In this document: positions 1 through 10,606 of the stretch, one piece after another
How positions within the stretch are numbered: the stretch's first letter is position 1
How the letters are laid out: each line of letters starts with the position of its first letter
DNA from: Nitrospirota bacterium
GTDB lineage: Bacteria; Nitrospirota; UBA9217
Length of the DNA stretch: 64,000 nucleotides
Assembly (NCBI GenBank): GCA_963751455.1
Contig: CAVVUN010000015.1
Location: forward strand, 160,001-224,000
Reading direction: 5' to 3'
The notes under the pieces: generated by a model
What the model saw: the letters and a program-made list of their open reading frames with translations, nothing else
What the model was told of the DNA's origin: nothing
The model's database searches: none
Translations under genes and position numbers: made by a program

Positions 1-39
1 GCAACTCGTGATTCAGGGAGCCTCGGTTCGTTAATCGCG

Positions 40-1383
40 ATGAACGGCCTCGGATGCGCTATGGGTTCACTACTGACCTCCTTTGTATTTCTGCCGAAAC
101 TGGGCATTTGGACCTCACTTCTCATCGCCCTGATCGGATACGCAGTGCTTCTGTCATTCTCGGGAAAAACCAGGACCTGCTTTGCCGCCGCAGTTATCGG
201 AGGCGCGCTCATCTTTATTTTCAGCCCGCTGAGGCATCCTCTCGTCACTCCCGTTGATCCCGTTGACATAGGATCTCGGGGGTCGTTGGTCTCGGCAAAA
301 GAGGGAAAATACGGGATCGTATCCGTAATTGATTACAGGAACAGACGCACTCTCTGGCTCAACAATACGTATCAGCTCGAAGCCGGGATGAACGATGTGA
401 GAGGGCCCTACCGGATGGGCCTTCTCCCGACCGTGCTTCATCCTGACGCAAAGACGCTGGCGATGATCGGAATAGGGACCGGTATAAGCTCCAACGGATT
501 TTTGAATTCTCACCTGAACAGGATCACGCTTGTAGAAATGATCCCGGAAGTTGCGGACGCAGCGGCTAATCATTTTCAATCGTATAACGGAAACGTGCTG
601 GCAAATCCTCGTGTCGAAACGATCATCGACGACGGCCGGCATTATTTCAGAACCGGTAATCACCCGTTCGATATTATCTGTTCCGACGTTTTTACACCCT
701 GGAATGAAGGCACGGCTTACCTGTATACGGTCGATCACTTCAAAAACGTGAAAAAAAGGTTGAACCGGGGCGGCTTATTCTGCCTCTGGCTGCCCATGTT
801 CCAGATGACCCGGGAGGAATTTCTCATAATAGCGAAGTCGTTCGCGTTCGTTTTCCCGCATACTACTGTCTGGCAATTGAGCTGGGGTCTCGAGGACTCA
901 GGCGTGGCCCTTATCGGAACGGAAAAGATACAAACAGAAGCGATAAAGGCTTACAAGGAGCGACGCCCTTTTCCGGAAACCACACCCGATTTAATGCAAA
1001 TTCACGAGTCAGGTATCTTTGCCAGCTATATCGGGCCGGTCATCCCGAGCCAGGAGCTGTGGCAGCAGCTGCCGTTGAACACGCTTGATTTTCCGATCAT
1101 AGAATTTAAGGCGGCGCAGAAGGAACGCAAACTTCTCAAGGGAAAAGAGCTTCTCGACCTCTTCAAGCTTTTTTTCGCGCTTCCGGGCAACCCCGGCCAG
1201 GAATATTTCACCTTGTATGACGAACGCATTGAGGAATATCGCCTGGCAGGGTGGCACCTGAATCTTTCTTCTCTTTTTGCCGGAACCGGAGATTTTGAAA
1301 AAGCAGGTCATTTTGCGGCAAAAGCCACGTCCTTGCCCGCCTTCGTGACATATAAACAGGTACTTGCTGCGCGCAAGCAATAG
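40..1383 (+). CDS. Membrane-fused spermidine synthase-like SAM-dependent transferase (5' end probably outside window)
   Basis: Hydrophobic N-terminal helices, then IGIGTGIS, VEMIPEV, DDGRHY and DIICSD motifs of the spermidine synthase fold. Confidence 0.75.
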   Translation: MNGLGCAMGSLLTSFVFLPKLGIWTSLLIALIGYAVLLSFSGKTRTCFAAAVIGGALIFIFSPLRHPLVTPVDPVDIGSRGSLVSAKEGKYGIVSVIDYRNRRTLWLNNTYQLEAGMNDVRGPYRMGLLPTVLHPDAKTLAMIGIGTGISSNGFLNSHLNRITLVEMIPEVADAAANHFQSYNGNVLANPRVETIIDDGRHYFRTGNHPFDIICSDVFTPWNEGTAYLYTVDHFKNVKKRLNRGGLFCLWLPMFQMTREEFLIIAKSFAFVFPHTTVWQLSWGLEDSGVALIGTEKIQTEAIKAYKERRPFPETTPDLMQIHESGIFASYIGPVIPSQELWQQLPLNTLDFPIIEFKAAQKERKLLKGKELLDLFKLFFALPGNPGQEYFTLYDERIEEYRLAGWHLNLSSLFAGTGDFEKAGHFAAKATSLPAFVTYKQVLAARKQ

Positions 1384-1540
1384 CGAGCCAACCGGAAGAT
1401 GCATTCCCCGTTCAAACGTGTCTTGTACCGCGGTATTTAGAATCGGATTAGATACTATTTTAAATTACCTCTCAAAATCGTAGAATCCCCTCATTATGTG
1501 AACTAATTTCCCGGCAGCACAAAGGGGCCCAAAAAAGGGA

Positions 1541-1569
1541 TTGACAAGCACAGAAAAATCAGCTATATC
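1541..1569 (+). promoter_or_regulatory. Sigma-70 promoter of hgcC-hgcAB
   Basis: TTGACA-17 nt-TATATC, followed by CTGATTA direct repeats. Confidence 0.6.
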
Positions 1570-1618
1570 TTACTCAACTGATTAATCTGATTATGCTGAA
1601 AAAACGCGAGGTTTTGAA

Positions 1619-1894
1619 ATGATCAATAAAAAAGAAAAGATTCCTGTAAGAGGGCCCTTTGGGAAGAGCGCGGGCTGCTGCGCTGTTGAAGCCCTGGTCA
1701 CGGTCGACGAGCGCGGACAGATGGTGCTGCCCAAGGAACTACGGGCCAAGGCGGGAATCAAGGCAGGGGACAAGCTGGCTGTCACAAGCTGGGAAAAAGA
1801 CGGCAAAATATGCTGTATAGCGCTGATCAAAGCTGAAAATCTGGAGACAATGGTAAAGGGCATACTGGGACCGGTGATGAAGGAAATGCTGTAA
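1619..1894 (+). CDS. hgcC: HgcAB-associated AbrB/MazE-fold protein
   Basis: CC..EALVTVDERGQMVLPKELR..AGIKAGDKL AbrB signature, two CC pairs, directly upstream of hgcA. Confidence 0.8.
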   Translation: MINKKEKIPVRGPFGKSAGCCAVEALVTVDERGQMVLPKELRAKAGIKAGDKLAVTSWEKDGKICCIALIKAENLETMVKGILGPVMKEML

Positions 1895-2059
1895 AGAACT
1901 ATTGTAAATTGCAGATTGCATACTGCAAAATGCAAAATGGAATGAATCGTAGCATCGCTCGATAAGGTGATGCATGGTTAAGGGCATGCTGGGACAGGTG
2001 ATTAAGGAGATGCTGTAAAGAACTATTTCAAATTGCAAAGTGCACATGTAAAATGCAAA
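1850..2059 (+). repeat. Diverged direct duplication of the hgcC 3' end (1850-1936 and 1974-2059)
   Basis: Copies encode MVKGILGPVMKEML* and MVKGMLGQVIKEML* and share the downstream heptamer tract. Confidence 0.85.
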
Positions 2060-2100
2060 TAAAACGATGTGTATAGATTTTAATCGATCTGGAGATCCTT

Positions 2101-3186
2101 ATGCAATTACAGACGTTGAAATTCGTGAAGAAGGTTCCGCCTCCATGGACCAAGGGCTCGATTTCGACTCCGGCTGGTTCCATTTATAAACTATCATCCG
2201 ACTGGTCTCGGGACGATTATCTGGGTATGATCAAAAGCAGGCTCGGCGGGTTCCGAATGAATTATACTGTAACGCCCGGATTGTATGCGACCGGGGAGCC
2301 GACCACGGATTCGGACGTGTTCGTCACGGCAAACTATAAGCTCACATTTGACATCCTCCGGCGTTCGATCAAGGGCCTGGACGCCTGGGTGCTCGTGCTT
2401 GACACGAAGAGCATCAATGTCTGGTGTGCGGCCGGAAAGGGCACGTTCGGGACGGACGAACTGGTCAGGAGTATCTCGGAAACACGGCTTGAGTCGGTGG
2501 TGAGCCACAAAAAAATAATCCTGCCCCAGCTCGGGGCCGTGGGCGTGAATGCGTCCGAAGTGCGGAAGAGGACCGGCTTCCGCGTCTCCTTCGGTCCGGT
2601 ACGCGCTGAGGATATACCTGCATATGTCCGGTCGGGATATAAAAAGACCGCGGAGATGAGCTTGATCACATTCCCGATGATCGACAGGCTTGTCCTTACC
2701 CCGATGGAGCTCAATCCCGTGATGAAAAAATATCCCTGGTATGCGGGGGCCGTCCTCCTGTTGTTCGGGCTCCAGCCCGGCGGAATTCTGTTCGCGAACG
2801 CCTGGTCCGGCGGATGGCCGTTTCTCGTTATGGGCTTGATTGCTGTCTTCGCCGGCGCATTCGTGACACCTGTCCTGCTGCCTTTTGTCCCTTTCCGGTC
2901 CTTCGCGGTAAAAGGCTGGATCGTGGGAATGCTTTTAACGCTGTTCGCAGTCCAGGGCTTAGGACTCATTGACGCCAGAAGCCTGCCGCTTCTCGGCGCA
3001 GCCTATCTTTTCTTTCCCGCGCTCAGTTCCTATATCGCCCTCCAGTTCACCGGGTCTACTACCTTCACCGGAATGTCCGGAGTCAATAAAGAGCTGAAGA
3101 GCGGCATTCCACTCTATATAGGAACCGCAGCCGTATCACTCGTGCTGCTGGTCTTGTCCAAGCTCCAGGAATGGAGGCTCTTGTGA
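2101..3186 (+). CDS. hgcA: Mercury methylation corrinoid protein HgcA
   Basis: Cap-helix motif NVWCAAGKG (~2416-2442), TANYKLTFD motif, C-terminal transmembrane helices. Confidence 0.97.
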   Translation: MQLQTLKFVKKVPPPWTKGSISTPAGSIYKLSSDWSRDDYLGMIKSRLGGFRMNYTVTPGLYATGEPTTDSDVFVTANYKLTFDILRRSIKGLDAWVLVLDTKSINVWCAAGKGTFGTDELVRSISETRLESVVSHKKIILPQLGAVGVNASEVRKRTGFRVSFGPVRAEDIPAYVRSGYKKTAEMSLITFPMIDRLVLTPMELNPVMKKYPWYAGAVLLLFGLQPGGILFANAWSGGWPFLVMGLIAVFAGAFVTPVLLPFVPFRSFAVKGWIVGMLLTLFAVQGLGLIDARSLPLLGAAYLFFPALSSYIALQFTGSTTFTGMSGVNKELKSGIPLYIGTAAVSLVLLVLSKLQEWRLL

Positions 3187-3479
3187 AATATCTTGCGAAC
3201 GTTTCAACTCTCAAATATAATTCAGAAAAATGCAAAGGCTGTCGGCGGTGCGTTGAGGTCTGCCCGCACGGGGTGTTCGAGATGAAGGATAAGCTTGCAG
3301 CAGTAACCGACAAGGACCTTTGCATGGAGTGCGGGGCCTGTGCCTTGAACTGCGAGTTCGGCGCGATCACGGTGAATACCGGCGTGGGTTGCGCTGCCGC
3401 CATTATTAACAGCCTGATCAACGGCGGTCCGCCATCCTGCGACTGCAGCGGCACAAGCGGAAGCAACTGCTGCGGGTAG
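3183..3479 (+). CDS. hgcB: Mercury methylation ferredoxin HgcB
   Basis: Two CxxCxxCxxxC motifs including CMECGAC, GVGCA motif, C-terminal CC; GTG start overlaps the hgcA stop, GGAGG RBS. Confidence 0.95.
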   Translation: MKYLANVSTLKYNSEKCKGCRRCVEVCPHGVFEMKDKLAAVTDKDLCMECGACALNCEFGAITVNTGVGCAAAIINSLINGGPPSCDCSGTSGSNCCG

Positions 3480-3802
3480 GATAGCATCCCAGATACGTTG
3501 GGCGAGGGAAAATGGACGAAAAAGCAGGGAGCATGCGGCCCTCGTTCCAGAGAGTTCAGATTTTATCGGGATTAAACTGCCCGCATGATCATCTTTCAAT
3601 CTTTTCTCGGGGTTAAAAGCATAGGCTTTTCCTTTTAACCGGATCGATGCTTCCCCGTTTAGCCCGCCTTTCCCCGAATAAATAATCTGCCGTGAAAAAA
3701 GTGCTCCTTTCTGTGCCGGTCTTATGGTAAAATCACCTTAAATAAAAGCCCGATATCCTGAAAAAATATCCAAATCCGGAATACGTCACAAAGGAGAATA
3801 TT

Positions 3803-5062
3803 TTGACAACACGCAGGATGTTCCTGATTAGTGCAATGGTTTTCATTATTCTTTGCGGAAGCGCCGATGCTTCATGGTACCCGGAACGCCGTAAATCGCA
3901 ATTTCTGACTGAATACGGCTATGCGCTCTTTCCGTATCCCTACAGTCTTCCGGGAATAGGGCAGGGGCTGGGGCTAGTGGGCGCCGCGATGAACATCAAT
4001 AATACGACAACCGACGCGTACGGTATGCTCTTCGGCGGGGATGTAAGCGGCCTGGCACTGGGTGTCGGAGAGGTGCATGTCATTCCACGGAAGCTGATTC
4101 TTGACATCGGTCTAAGCAGTCTGACGGCCGCAACGATCCAAAGCTACAGCGAGCGCGGAATGACTTCCAGCAAGTTCGACTACACGAACATCGAGCTCGG
4201 CGATATGACCTATTACGGCTCGAGGATGACGGCCACGTTTCATGACCGCCGGTTCGAACTGTATGGCGCCTACTACCAGGGCAGTTCACAGCTGAAAAAT
4301 ATCCGCGACAAGGATGGAAACATTATTGTGCCTGCCGAGGATGCCGAAGTTCAGCGAGGACACGTTTCGATCTTCGGAACGAGAGTCGATCTCACGGATG
4401 ATTATCAGGATCCGCGGCAGGGAGTCCGGCTGGATATCAGCCGGTCATTGACGCCTCCCAGTGATTCGGGACCGGATTTCTATCAGCAGGATTATAATGC
4501 CACGGCCTATGTTCCTTTGGGCAGACGCAGCACCTGGGCTTTCAATTATTATCAGTCCGATGCCCATGTGAACCGAAAGGGACACACGTTGTTTACTGAT
4601 GTCGAAAATGACCTCGGGCTAAATTGCAGCGATCCTGCTCTGACATTAGAAGAACAGAAAGACTGTACTGATTTTGTCAATAATACAAGAGACAACAATT
4701 CCTACGGAACCGCCAGCTCTCTCGGCGGTTTCAACCGGCTTCGCTCCTTTCCGAACGGAAGATTCAAAGGTGCTCACACGATCTTTTACGGGTCCGAAAT
4801 CCGCTGGAACCTCACGGACGAGACAACCCCGTTTGACATCTTTGTCATGAGGGACGTCAGGACTTCATGGCAGGTGGCGGTGTATTATGAAGTGGGAAGC
4901 ACCGCGGACAAGCGCAAGGAAGTCGGCGATATTTGGCGATCGTCCGCGGGCTTCGGCCTGCGCATGGTCACGGCATCGGGCGTTGTTTTCCGGGCAGACG
5001 TCGCATCAGGAAAAGAAGGCGTATCGCCGAGCATTTTTATCGGCTATCCGTGGGAGCTGTAG
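3803..5062 (+). CDS. BamA/TamA (Omp85)-like outer membrane beta-barrel protein
   Basis: Signal peptide, LGGFNRLRSF loop motif, aromatic C-terminal strand. Confidence 0.6.
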   Translation: MTTRRMFLISAMVFIILCGSADASWYPERRKSQFLTEYGYALFPYPYSLPGIGQGLGLVGAAMNINNTTTDAYGMLFGGDVSGLALGVGEVHVIPRKLILDIGLSSLTAATIQSYSERGMTSSKFDYTNIELGDMTYYGSRMTATFHDRRFELYGAYYQGSSQLKNIRDKDGNIIVPAEDAEVQRGHVSIFGTRVDLTDDYQDPRQGVRLDISRSLTPPSDSGPDFYQQDYNATAYVPLGRRSTWAFNYYQSDAHVNRKGHTLFTDVENDLGLNCSDPALTLEEQKDCTDFVNNTRDNNSYGTASSLGGFNRLRSFPNGRFKGAHTIFYGSEIRWNLTDETTPFDIFVMRDVRTSWQVAVYYEVGSTADKRKEVGDIWRSSAGFGLRMVTASGVVFRADVASGKEGVSPSIFIGYPWEL

Positions 5063-5145
5063 CTGATCCGCCGAACCCGGCCAAATTGTTCGGCTATACT
5101 TGAAGTAAGGCGGCCCTTTTTAATGCAAAGAAGAGGAGAAATACA

Positions 5146-5463
5146 ATGGCAAAACAAATGTACTTCGCAGACGTTCTCAAAGAAATCTACGACAACAAAA
5201 AGAGCGGTTCGCTTTTTATCAATGTCGTGGAATCAAGCGAGGACCTCATCAGGATCTATTTTAAGAACGGAGAGATTTTTTATCTAACCTATGGGTCCGC
5301 AATCGGCGACGACGCGATGGATATCATCGAATATTATACCCTGAGCAATGCGACCTTTTTCCAGGCGCTGGATGCCCCGGCCGGAACCGTACACTCGAAG
5401 TTCCCGACAAAAAAATTTATCGAAAAAATGAACAAAACATATAAAAGAGTCCGGGTGCCCTGA
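5146..5463 (+). CDS. Hypothetical protein, DUF4388/PATAN-like
   Basis: GAGGAG RBS; KKSGSL...IYFKNGEI pattern. Confidence 0.5.
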   Translation: MAKQMYFADVLKEIYDNKKSGSLFINVVESSEDLIRIYFKNGEIFYLTYGSAIGDDAMDIIEYYTLSNATFFQALDAPAGTVHSKFPTKKFIEKMNKTYKRVRVP

Positions 5464-5650
5464 CTCGCCGATTTCAGGCGCCATGGCGCGCCGTTCCAAG
5501 CAAGCCGGTTCCCTTTCCTCTTTTCAGGCTGCACGTCTGGCCCCGTAAACACGGGACACGAAGGTTGCCGCCAATCACCGTTTCATCTGTATTGAGAACA
5601 CGACTGTTCGGAGCTATAATCATTGCAGAGGCCACCGGAAGGAGGCATGT

Positions 5651-6190
5651 ATGCAAACGGTCAGGAGTTTTACCGCAAAAAACGGGCAGGTAATAACCAT
5701 AAGGCCCGCCCAGCAGAACGACTCATGTGCGATACTTGATACCGTGAGATCGAATGCCATGGAGCGCAGTTATGTCCTGATGGAGCAATACGGCAAGGAC
5801 GTCGAGTCAGAGAAGGAATATATCGGCGAACTGGACAGCAAAAAAAATCTCCTGATAGTGTCCGTCTCCGGAGATGAGGTCGTCGGCTGTCTGGCAGCGC
5901 TCCAGGCGGACGCCGGCAGGCGACCGGAAACCAGTCATATACTCCATGTTGGCCTGCATCTGAAGGAGGCATTTCGCGGCCTCGGTATCGGCCGGTACCT
6001 GCTCGAGTATGGGATAGACTGGGCACGCGAGGCGCAATTTAAAAGACTTGAGGCAAATATTTTTACGACAAACAAACGCTCCCTCAGCATGTTTCAAAAA
6101 TGCGGATTCACTGAAGAGGGTGTCAGGCAGAACAGGATAAGGATCGGCAGGGATTTTATCAGTGAAGTGCTTATGGGTAAGATGCTGTAA
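5651..6190 (+). CDS. GNAT family N-acetyltransferase
   Basis: FRGLGIGRYLL acetyl-CoA motif; N..S..MFQKCGF. Confidence 0.85.
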   Translation: MQTVRSFTAKNGQVITIRPAQQNDSCAILDTVRSNAMERSYVLMEQYGKDVESEKEYIGELDSKKNLLIVSVSGDEVVGCLAALQADAGRRPETSHILHVGLHLKEAFRGLGIGRYLLEYGIDWAREAQFKRLEANIFTTNKRSLSMFQKCGFTEEGVRQNRIRIGRDFISEVLMGKML

Positions 6191-6270
6191 CAACGATTGG
6201 CTTCGATTAACGGTTTGACCAAACACTGCGTCTCCGCGTCAGTTTGAATTTCCGGCTGAGCGTCGGTTCT

Positions 6271-8193
6271 TCAGGTCTTCTTCCTCCCTTCCATCTCGCG
6301 CTTTACCGTAGGGAACGCATTCATGTTCGTATGCGGTAAAAAGAGCGCTTGCATATATTCATCCATGAAGCTGCGGGAAACAGAGAGCTCTATGTAAGTC
6401 ATCTTTCTCGCGATCTCTTCGGCCTCGTGGCGCAGCCGGTCGCACAGGAGGGCATAATAGGCACCCATGATTGAAGTATTGCCCAGAAACTGGAACTTGT
6501 CGACAGGGAGGTCGGGAAGCATCCCGATGGAAATGGCGCGTTCCACGTCGATGTATCGTCCGAACCCTCCGGCGATATAGAGTTTTTCAATGTCGGCGAA
6601 GGTCATTCCCATGTGCGAGAGCAGCGTCGCGAAGCCGGCGTAGATTGCCGCTTTTGCGCGGATAAGATTGTCCAGGTCCACCTCGGTTATCACGACTTCC
6701 TTATTGATCGCGCTCTCAATGCGCCAGACAAGCACATATTCGAGTCCGCTTTCGCCCCGCCTGATCCGTCCGGACCCGATCTCCTCCCGTATTTTTCCTT
6801 TCTGATCTATCACGCCGTTCAGGTACATTTCGGCCAGCGCGTCGATCATGCCCGAGCCGCAGATGCCGATGGGCTTTGCATCGCCGATGACGCGGTAGTT
6901 TACTTCATAGGTTTTGGGGTCGATCTCGATTTCTTCGATGGCTCCTTCCATGGCGCGCATGCCGAATTTGATGCCGCTGCCCTCGAATGCCGGGCCCGCG
7001 GAGCATGCGGCGGTAACCAGCCACTCCTTGTTGCCGAGGACGATTTCGCCGTTTGTTCCAATATCAATAAAGAGAGAGACAGCGTTCTGCTTGTGTATCT
7101 GAGAGACCAGAACACCGGCGGTTATGTCGCCGCCCACATAGCTTGCCACATTCGGCATTGCGTAGAGAATGGCGCGGGGATCTATCTGCAGCCCTACGCT
7201 CTTTCCTCTGACGAGCGGGAAGAACGTAGCCGCGGGGATGTACGGCTCCTCCCGGATATGCTGGGGGTCAATTCCGTAGAAGAGATGCTGCATGGTCGTG
7301 TTTCCGGCTACCACGATATAATCGATCATTCCAGGAGAGACCTGGTTTATTTCCGTCAGCTGGGAGAGCAGAGCCGTTACGTTATCGAGGGCAAGCCCCT
7401 GCAGTTCCCGTAAACCGTTTCGCTCGGTGGCATAGACAATGCGCGTTATCACATCGTCGCCGCACTTCACCTGGCTGTTATAAGTGGAGGCAGTACCGAC
7501 GATATGGCCATTCGTCATATCAACAAGGTAGACGACGATGGTTGTTGTTCCGATGTCCACGGCCGCGCCGTAGCGAAGCTTCGTTGCATTGCCGGGGAAG
7601 ATGTCGAGCACTTCGAGCACCTCTCCCATGCTGAAGACCGACGCAGTTACCTTCCAATTGCCTTCGCGGAGCACGGCCGGGAGCCTGGAAAGCATCATGT
7701 AGTTCATGTGCATGTGCTCTGCGCTGAAGCCGGCCCCGTCGAGGGCCCGCCTGACCCTCTCCATGTCCGCGATGTTGTCGTCGATCGTCGGAGGACTGAT
7801 CTCGAGGTAAATGCGGCTTATGCGCGATTCAAGGCAGCCGCCCGCCTGCATCATCAGTTTCAGAAGTTCGTCGGCCTTCGCACCGGTAGCGATCTTGTGC
7901 TTTGCCTGCATACGGGACTCGGGGGGAATCTCGACGACCAAGTCGCTCTTGATCCGGGAAAGACAGGCAAGCGTGTAACCCCGCTCCGCTTCCTCGGTCG
8001 ATAAAAAAGAACGCGATTTTCCGCTCTCGACGCTTCCTTCCCTGATAACGACCTTGCACTTGCCGCAGTTACCCTTCCCTCCGCAGGAGGACAACACATA
8101 GACGCCTGCGGCCTTGACGGCCTTGAAGAGGTTAGTGTTGTCGTCTGCGGTGATAGTGACATTGTCGGGCAGGAAGGTTACTTTATATTTCAT
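6271..8193 (-). CDS. ASKHA-domain [2Fe-2S] reductive activator of corrinoid proteins (RACo/AcsV-like, DUF4445)
   Basis: CGGKGNCGKC ferredoxin, VDIGTTT, DIGTNGE, SAGPAFEG, GICGSG and AGGFG motifs. Confidence 0.9.
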   Translation of the reverse strand: MKYKVTFLPDNVTITADDNTNLFKAVKAAGVYVLSSCGGKGNCGKCKVVIREGSVESGKSRSFLSTEEAERGYTLACLSRIKSDLVVEIPPESRMQAKHKIATGAKADELLKLMMQAGGCLESRISRIYLEISPPTIDDNIADMERVRRALDGAGFSAEHMHMNYMMLSRLPAVLREGNWKVTASVFSMGEVLEVLDIFPGNATKLRYGAAVDIGTTTIVVYLVDMTNGHIVGTASTYNSQVKCGDDVITRIVYATERNGLRELQGLALDNVTALLSQLTEINQVSPGMIDYIVVAGNTTMQHLFYGIDPQHIREEPYIPAATFFPLVRGKSVGLQIDPRAILYAMPNVASYVGGDITAGVLVSQIHKQNAVSLFIDIGTNGEIVLGNKEWLVTAACSAGPAFEGSGIKFGMRAMEGAIEEIEIDPKTYEVNYRVIGDAKPIGICGSGMIDALAEMYLNGVIDQKGKIREEIGSGRIRRGESGLEYVLVWRIESAINKEVVITEVDLDNLIRAKAAIYAGFATLLSHMGMTFADIEKLYIAGGFGRYIDVERAISIGMLPDLPVDKFQFLGNTSIMGAYYALLCDRLRHEAEEIARKMTYIELSVSRSFMDEYMQALFLPHTNMNAFPTVKREMEGRKKT

Positions 8194-8370
8194 GCGGTGA
8201 ATATATCAGGCAGACGGATCAGGGTCAAGAGGATTTGTGCCCTTTTTGATTGCACCAAAAAAATATTATGGTACAATTGTGAAGCCTGAATACTTAGGAT
8301 GCAGCCGGTCGCAAAAAAAGTTTTTTTGACACTCCGGCGACCGGACAGGAATGGGAATCATTGGGCACGC

Positions 8371-10548
8371 ATGAAGCTTTTTGAGATTATCGGCTATCCT
8401 CTTTTTGTTGTTTCCGTCCTTGAGTTCATTCTCGGGCTCATCCTGCTTAATAACAACCCGGGCAACAGCCGCGTTAAAAAGTCTCTGTCCGCCTTTTCCT
8501 TCTTCGCTGGCGCTTTCGCGCTCGTCACGTCGCTCATGTACATCCTTGCTGCCTCCGGCAGGGATATAACCCCTCTTGCCCGGGCCAACTGGGTCGGCTG
8601 GCTCATGATACCCGCGGCCCTGCAGTTTATTTTTTACATGAGGGACGAGAACAGCAGGGCCGCCCGGATAGCAGGATATGTCCTTTACACGTTCTGGCTG
8701 ATTGTTCTTTTTGTCAGCGTTTCCACCGACCTTATCGAGAAGGGCAATTACGCTTTGATCCCTTTCATCGACCGGTCCGGTCCTCTCGGCAAACCTCTTC
8801 GCGTGATCGGCATTGTACAGACTGCGTGGGTATTGTACGAGCTCTTTCTGCTCAGGAGTCGGGCGAGCGGGCTCAAACGCGCCCAGCTCAATTATTTCAT
8901 GTACGGCATGCTTATCTTTAGCGTTGGAGGAATACTCATCTCCGGCATCCTTCCTCTGATGGGCGGATCAGCCCTTGAACCCGGCCTCGGTTCCTACTTC
9001 GGATTCCCCTGGGTTGTCATGACGTATTACGCAATGACGCGCTACCGGCTGTTCGAGCTCCGGCTTGTCGCTTCGCGCACGGTCGGGATCGCGCTGCTGT
9101 CGCTCGCGCTCTCGGCCGTTCACATAGGACTTTTCACCCTGTTCGAACCGGAGTTCGGCCGTATCTTCGCGATCCTGGTCTCGCTGTCCATAATCTGTTT
9201 CATTTTCTTCGGGACCTCGCTTAATCGCAACGTGCAGCATTTCATAAGAAACGTCATTGTCCAGAACAGGTATGATTACCAGCAGATTCTGAGAGAATCG
9301 ATCAACGCAATCGGAACGAAACTCGACCTTTCAGAGCTTCTGGATTTTATCATCGCCAGTATACGAAAGAGCCTCGATGTGGAAAGCGTCCGACTGTTTC
9401 TGAAGGCCGAGGACGGACGCTTTGCACTCCGGAAGAGCTTCGATGCGCGCGGGCCGGTTGGACGGATCACACTCCTGGACGACCTTATTATCCAAAGGCT
9501 GCAGCGGTCCGGCAAGGTGACAATCAGGGAAGAACTGGAGGAGGAAAAAACGGACAACGGCGCCGGTCCCGTCGACAGGGTCATGGAAGGAATGGGTGCG
9601 GTTGCGATCGTTCCGCTCTTCCATAAGGGCCAACTTCTCGGCGTGCTGATCCTTGGTCCCAAAAAAAACAGAGAGTCGTATACGTCGATCGATCTCGATC
9701 TTCTCGGGGCGCTTGCAATCCAGGCCGCGGTTGCGATCGAAAACGCCATGCTGTACGACAAAATGGAGGAAAAAGTGCATGAGAGGACGAGGGAGCTCGA
9801 AGAGGCGAGAAGAAGCGCTGAGGCGGCGAACAAGGCCAAATCGGAATTCCTCTCGAATATTTCGCATGAACTCAGGACCCCCCTCAATTCGATCATCGGC
9901 TTTTCAGAGATACTGCGGGACGGCACCGCCGGGCCGCTTTCGCCCGATCAGCAGACATACCTGAAGGACATATGGGAAAGCGGCAAGCACCTCCTGCGGA
10001 TCATCAACAACCTCCTCGACCTTTCAAAAATTGAGGCGGGCATGATGGAGCTCGAGCTCGATGAATTTTATTTGAAGGAGCTTCTGGAGGGCAGCCTCGG
10101 TCTGTTTCGGGAGAAGAGCGATAGACGCCGGATAGTCCTGAACGCGGATATCAGCGGCGATATCGATATGATCACCGCGGACAAGACGAAGATAAAGCAG
10201 GTGGTCCTGAACCTCGTTGCGAATGCGGTAAAATTTACTCCGGATGGGGGGCGCGTCGGCATTACAGCATCACTGAACGGTGCGGGCGTGCAGGTCACTG
10301 TATGGGACACCGGCATCGGTATGCCGGCCGAAGATTGCGCCAGGCTCTTCCGGCCTTTTGTCCAGCTCGATAACACTCTCACGAAAAAATACGAGGGAAC
10401 AGGACTCGGCCTCCACATCAGCAAAAAACTGGTTGAATTGCACGGGGGCCGCCTCTCGGTCGAGAGCGAACCGGGCAAGGGTTCGAGATTCAGCTTTATC
10501 ATCCCTGCGAGGGGCGATAGACGCGCTCATAGACGACTCGAGCAGTAG
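8371..10548 (+). CDS. Membrane sensor histidine kinase (7TM-GAF-HisKA-HATPase)
   Basis: Multiple TM helices, [15 protein letters not shown]-box, NAVKFT, GTGLGL; ORF is open from 8299. Confidence 0.9.
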   Translation: MKLFEIIGYPLFVVSVLEFILGLILLNNNPGNSRVKKSLSAFSFFAGAFALVTSLMYILAASGRDITPLARANWVGWLMIPAALQFIFYMRDENSRAARIAGYVLYTFWLIVLFVSVSTDLIEKGNYALIPFIDRSGPLGKPLRVIGIVQTAWVLYELFLLRSRASGLKRAQLNYFMYGMLIFSVGGILISGILPLMGGSALEPGLGSYFGFPWVVMTYYAMTRYRLFELRLVASRTVGIALLSLALSAVHIGLFTLFEPEFGRIFAILVSLSIICFIFFGTSLNRNVQHFIRNVIVQNRYDYQQILRESINAIGTKLDLSELLDFIIASIRKSLDVESVRLFLKAEDGRFALRKSFDARGPVGRITLLDDLIIQRLQRSGKVTIREELEEEKTDNGAGPVDRVMEGMGAVAIVPLFHKGQLLGVLILGPKKNRESYTSIDLDLLGALAIQAAVAIENAMLYDKMEEKVHERTRELEEARRSAEAANKAKSEFLSNISHELRTPLNSIIGFSEILRDGTAGPLSPDQQTYLKDIWESGKHLLRIINNLLDLSKIEAGMMELELDEFYLKELLEGSLGLFREKSDRRRIVLNADISGDIDMITADKTKIKQVVLNLVANAVKFTPDGGRVGITASLNGAGVQVTVWDTGIGMPAEDCARLFRPFVQLDNTLTKKYEGTGLGLHISKKLVELHGGRLSVESEPGKGSRFSFIIPARGDRRAHRRLEQ

Positions 10549-10606
10549 AGCGGAAACATTACAACCGTCACAGAGACGATGTACACGTACGATCTGAGGA
10601 GGAGAC

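Noticed and set aside
2416-2442. Selenocysteine HgcA variant
   Set aside because: Cap-helix codon is TGT (Cys), with no in-frame TGA
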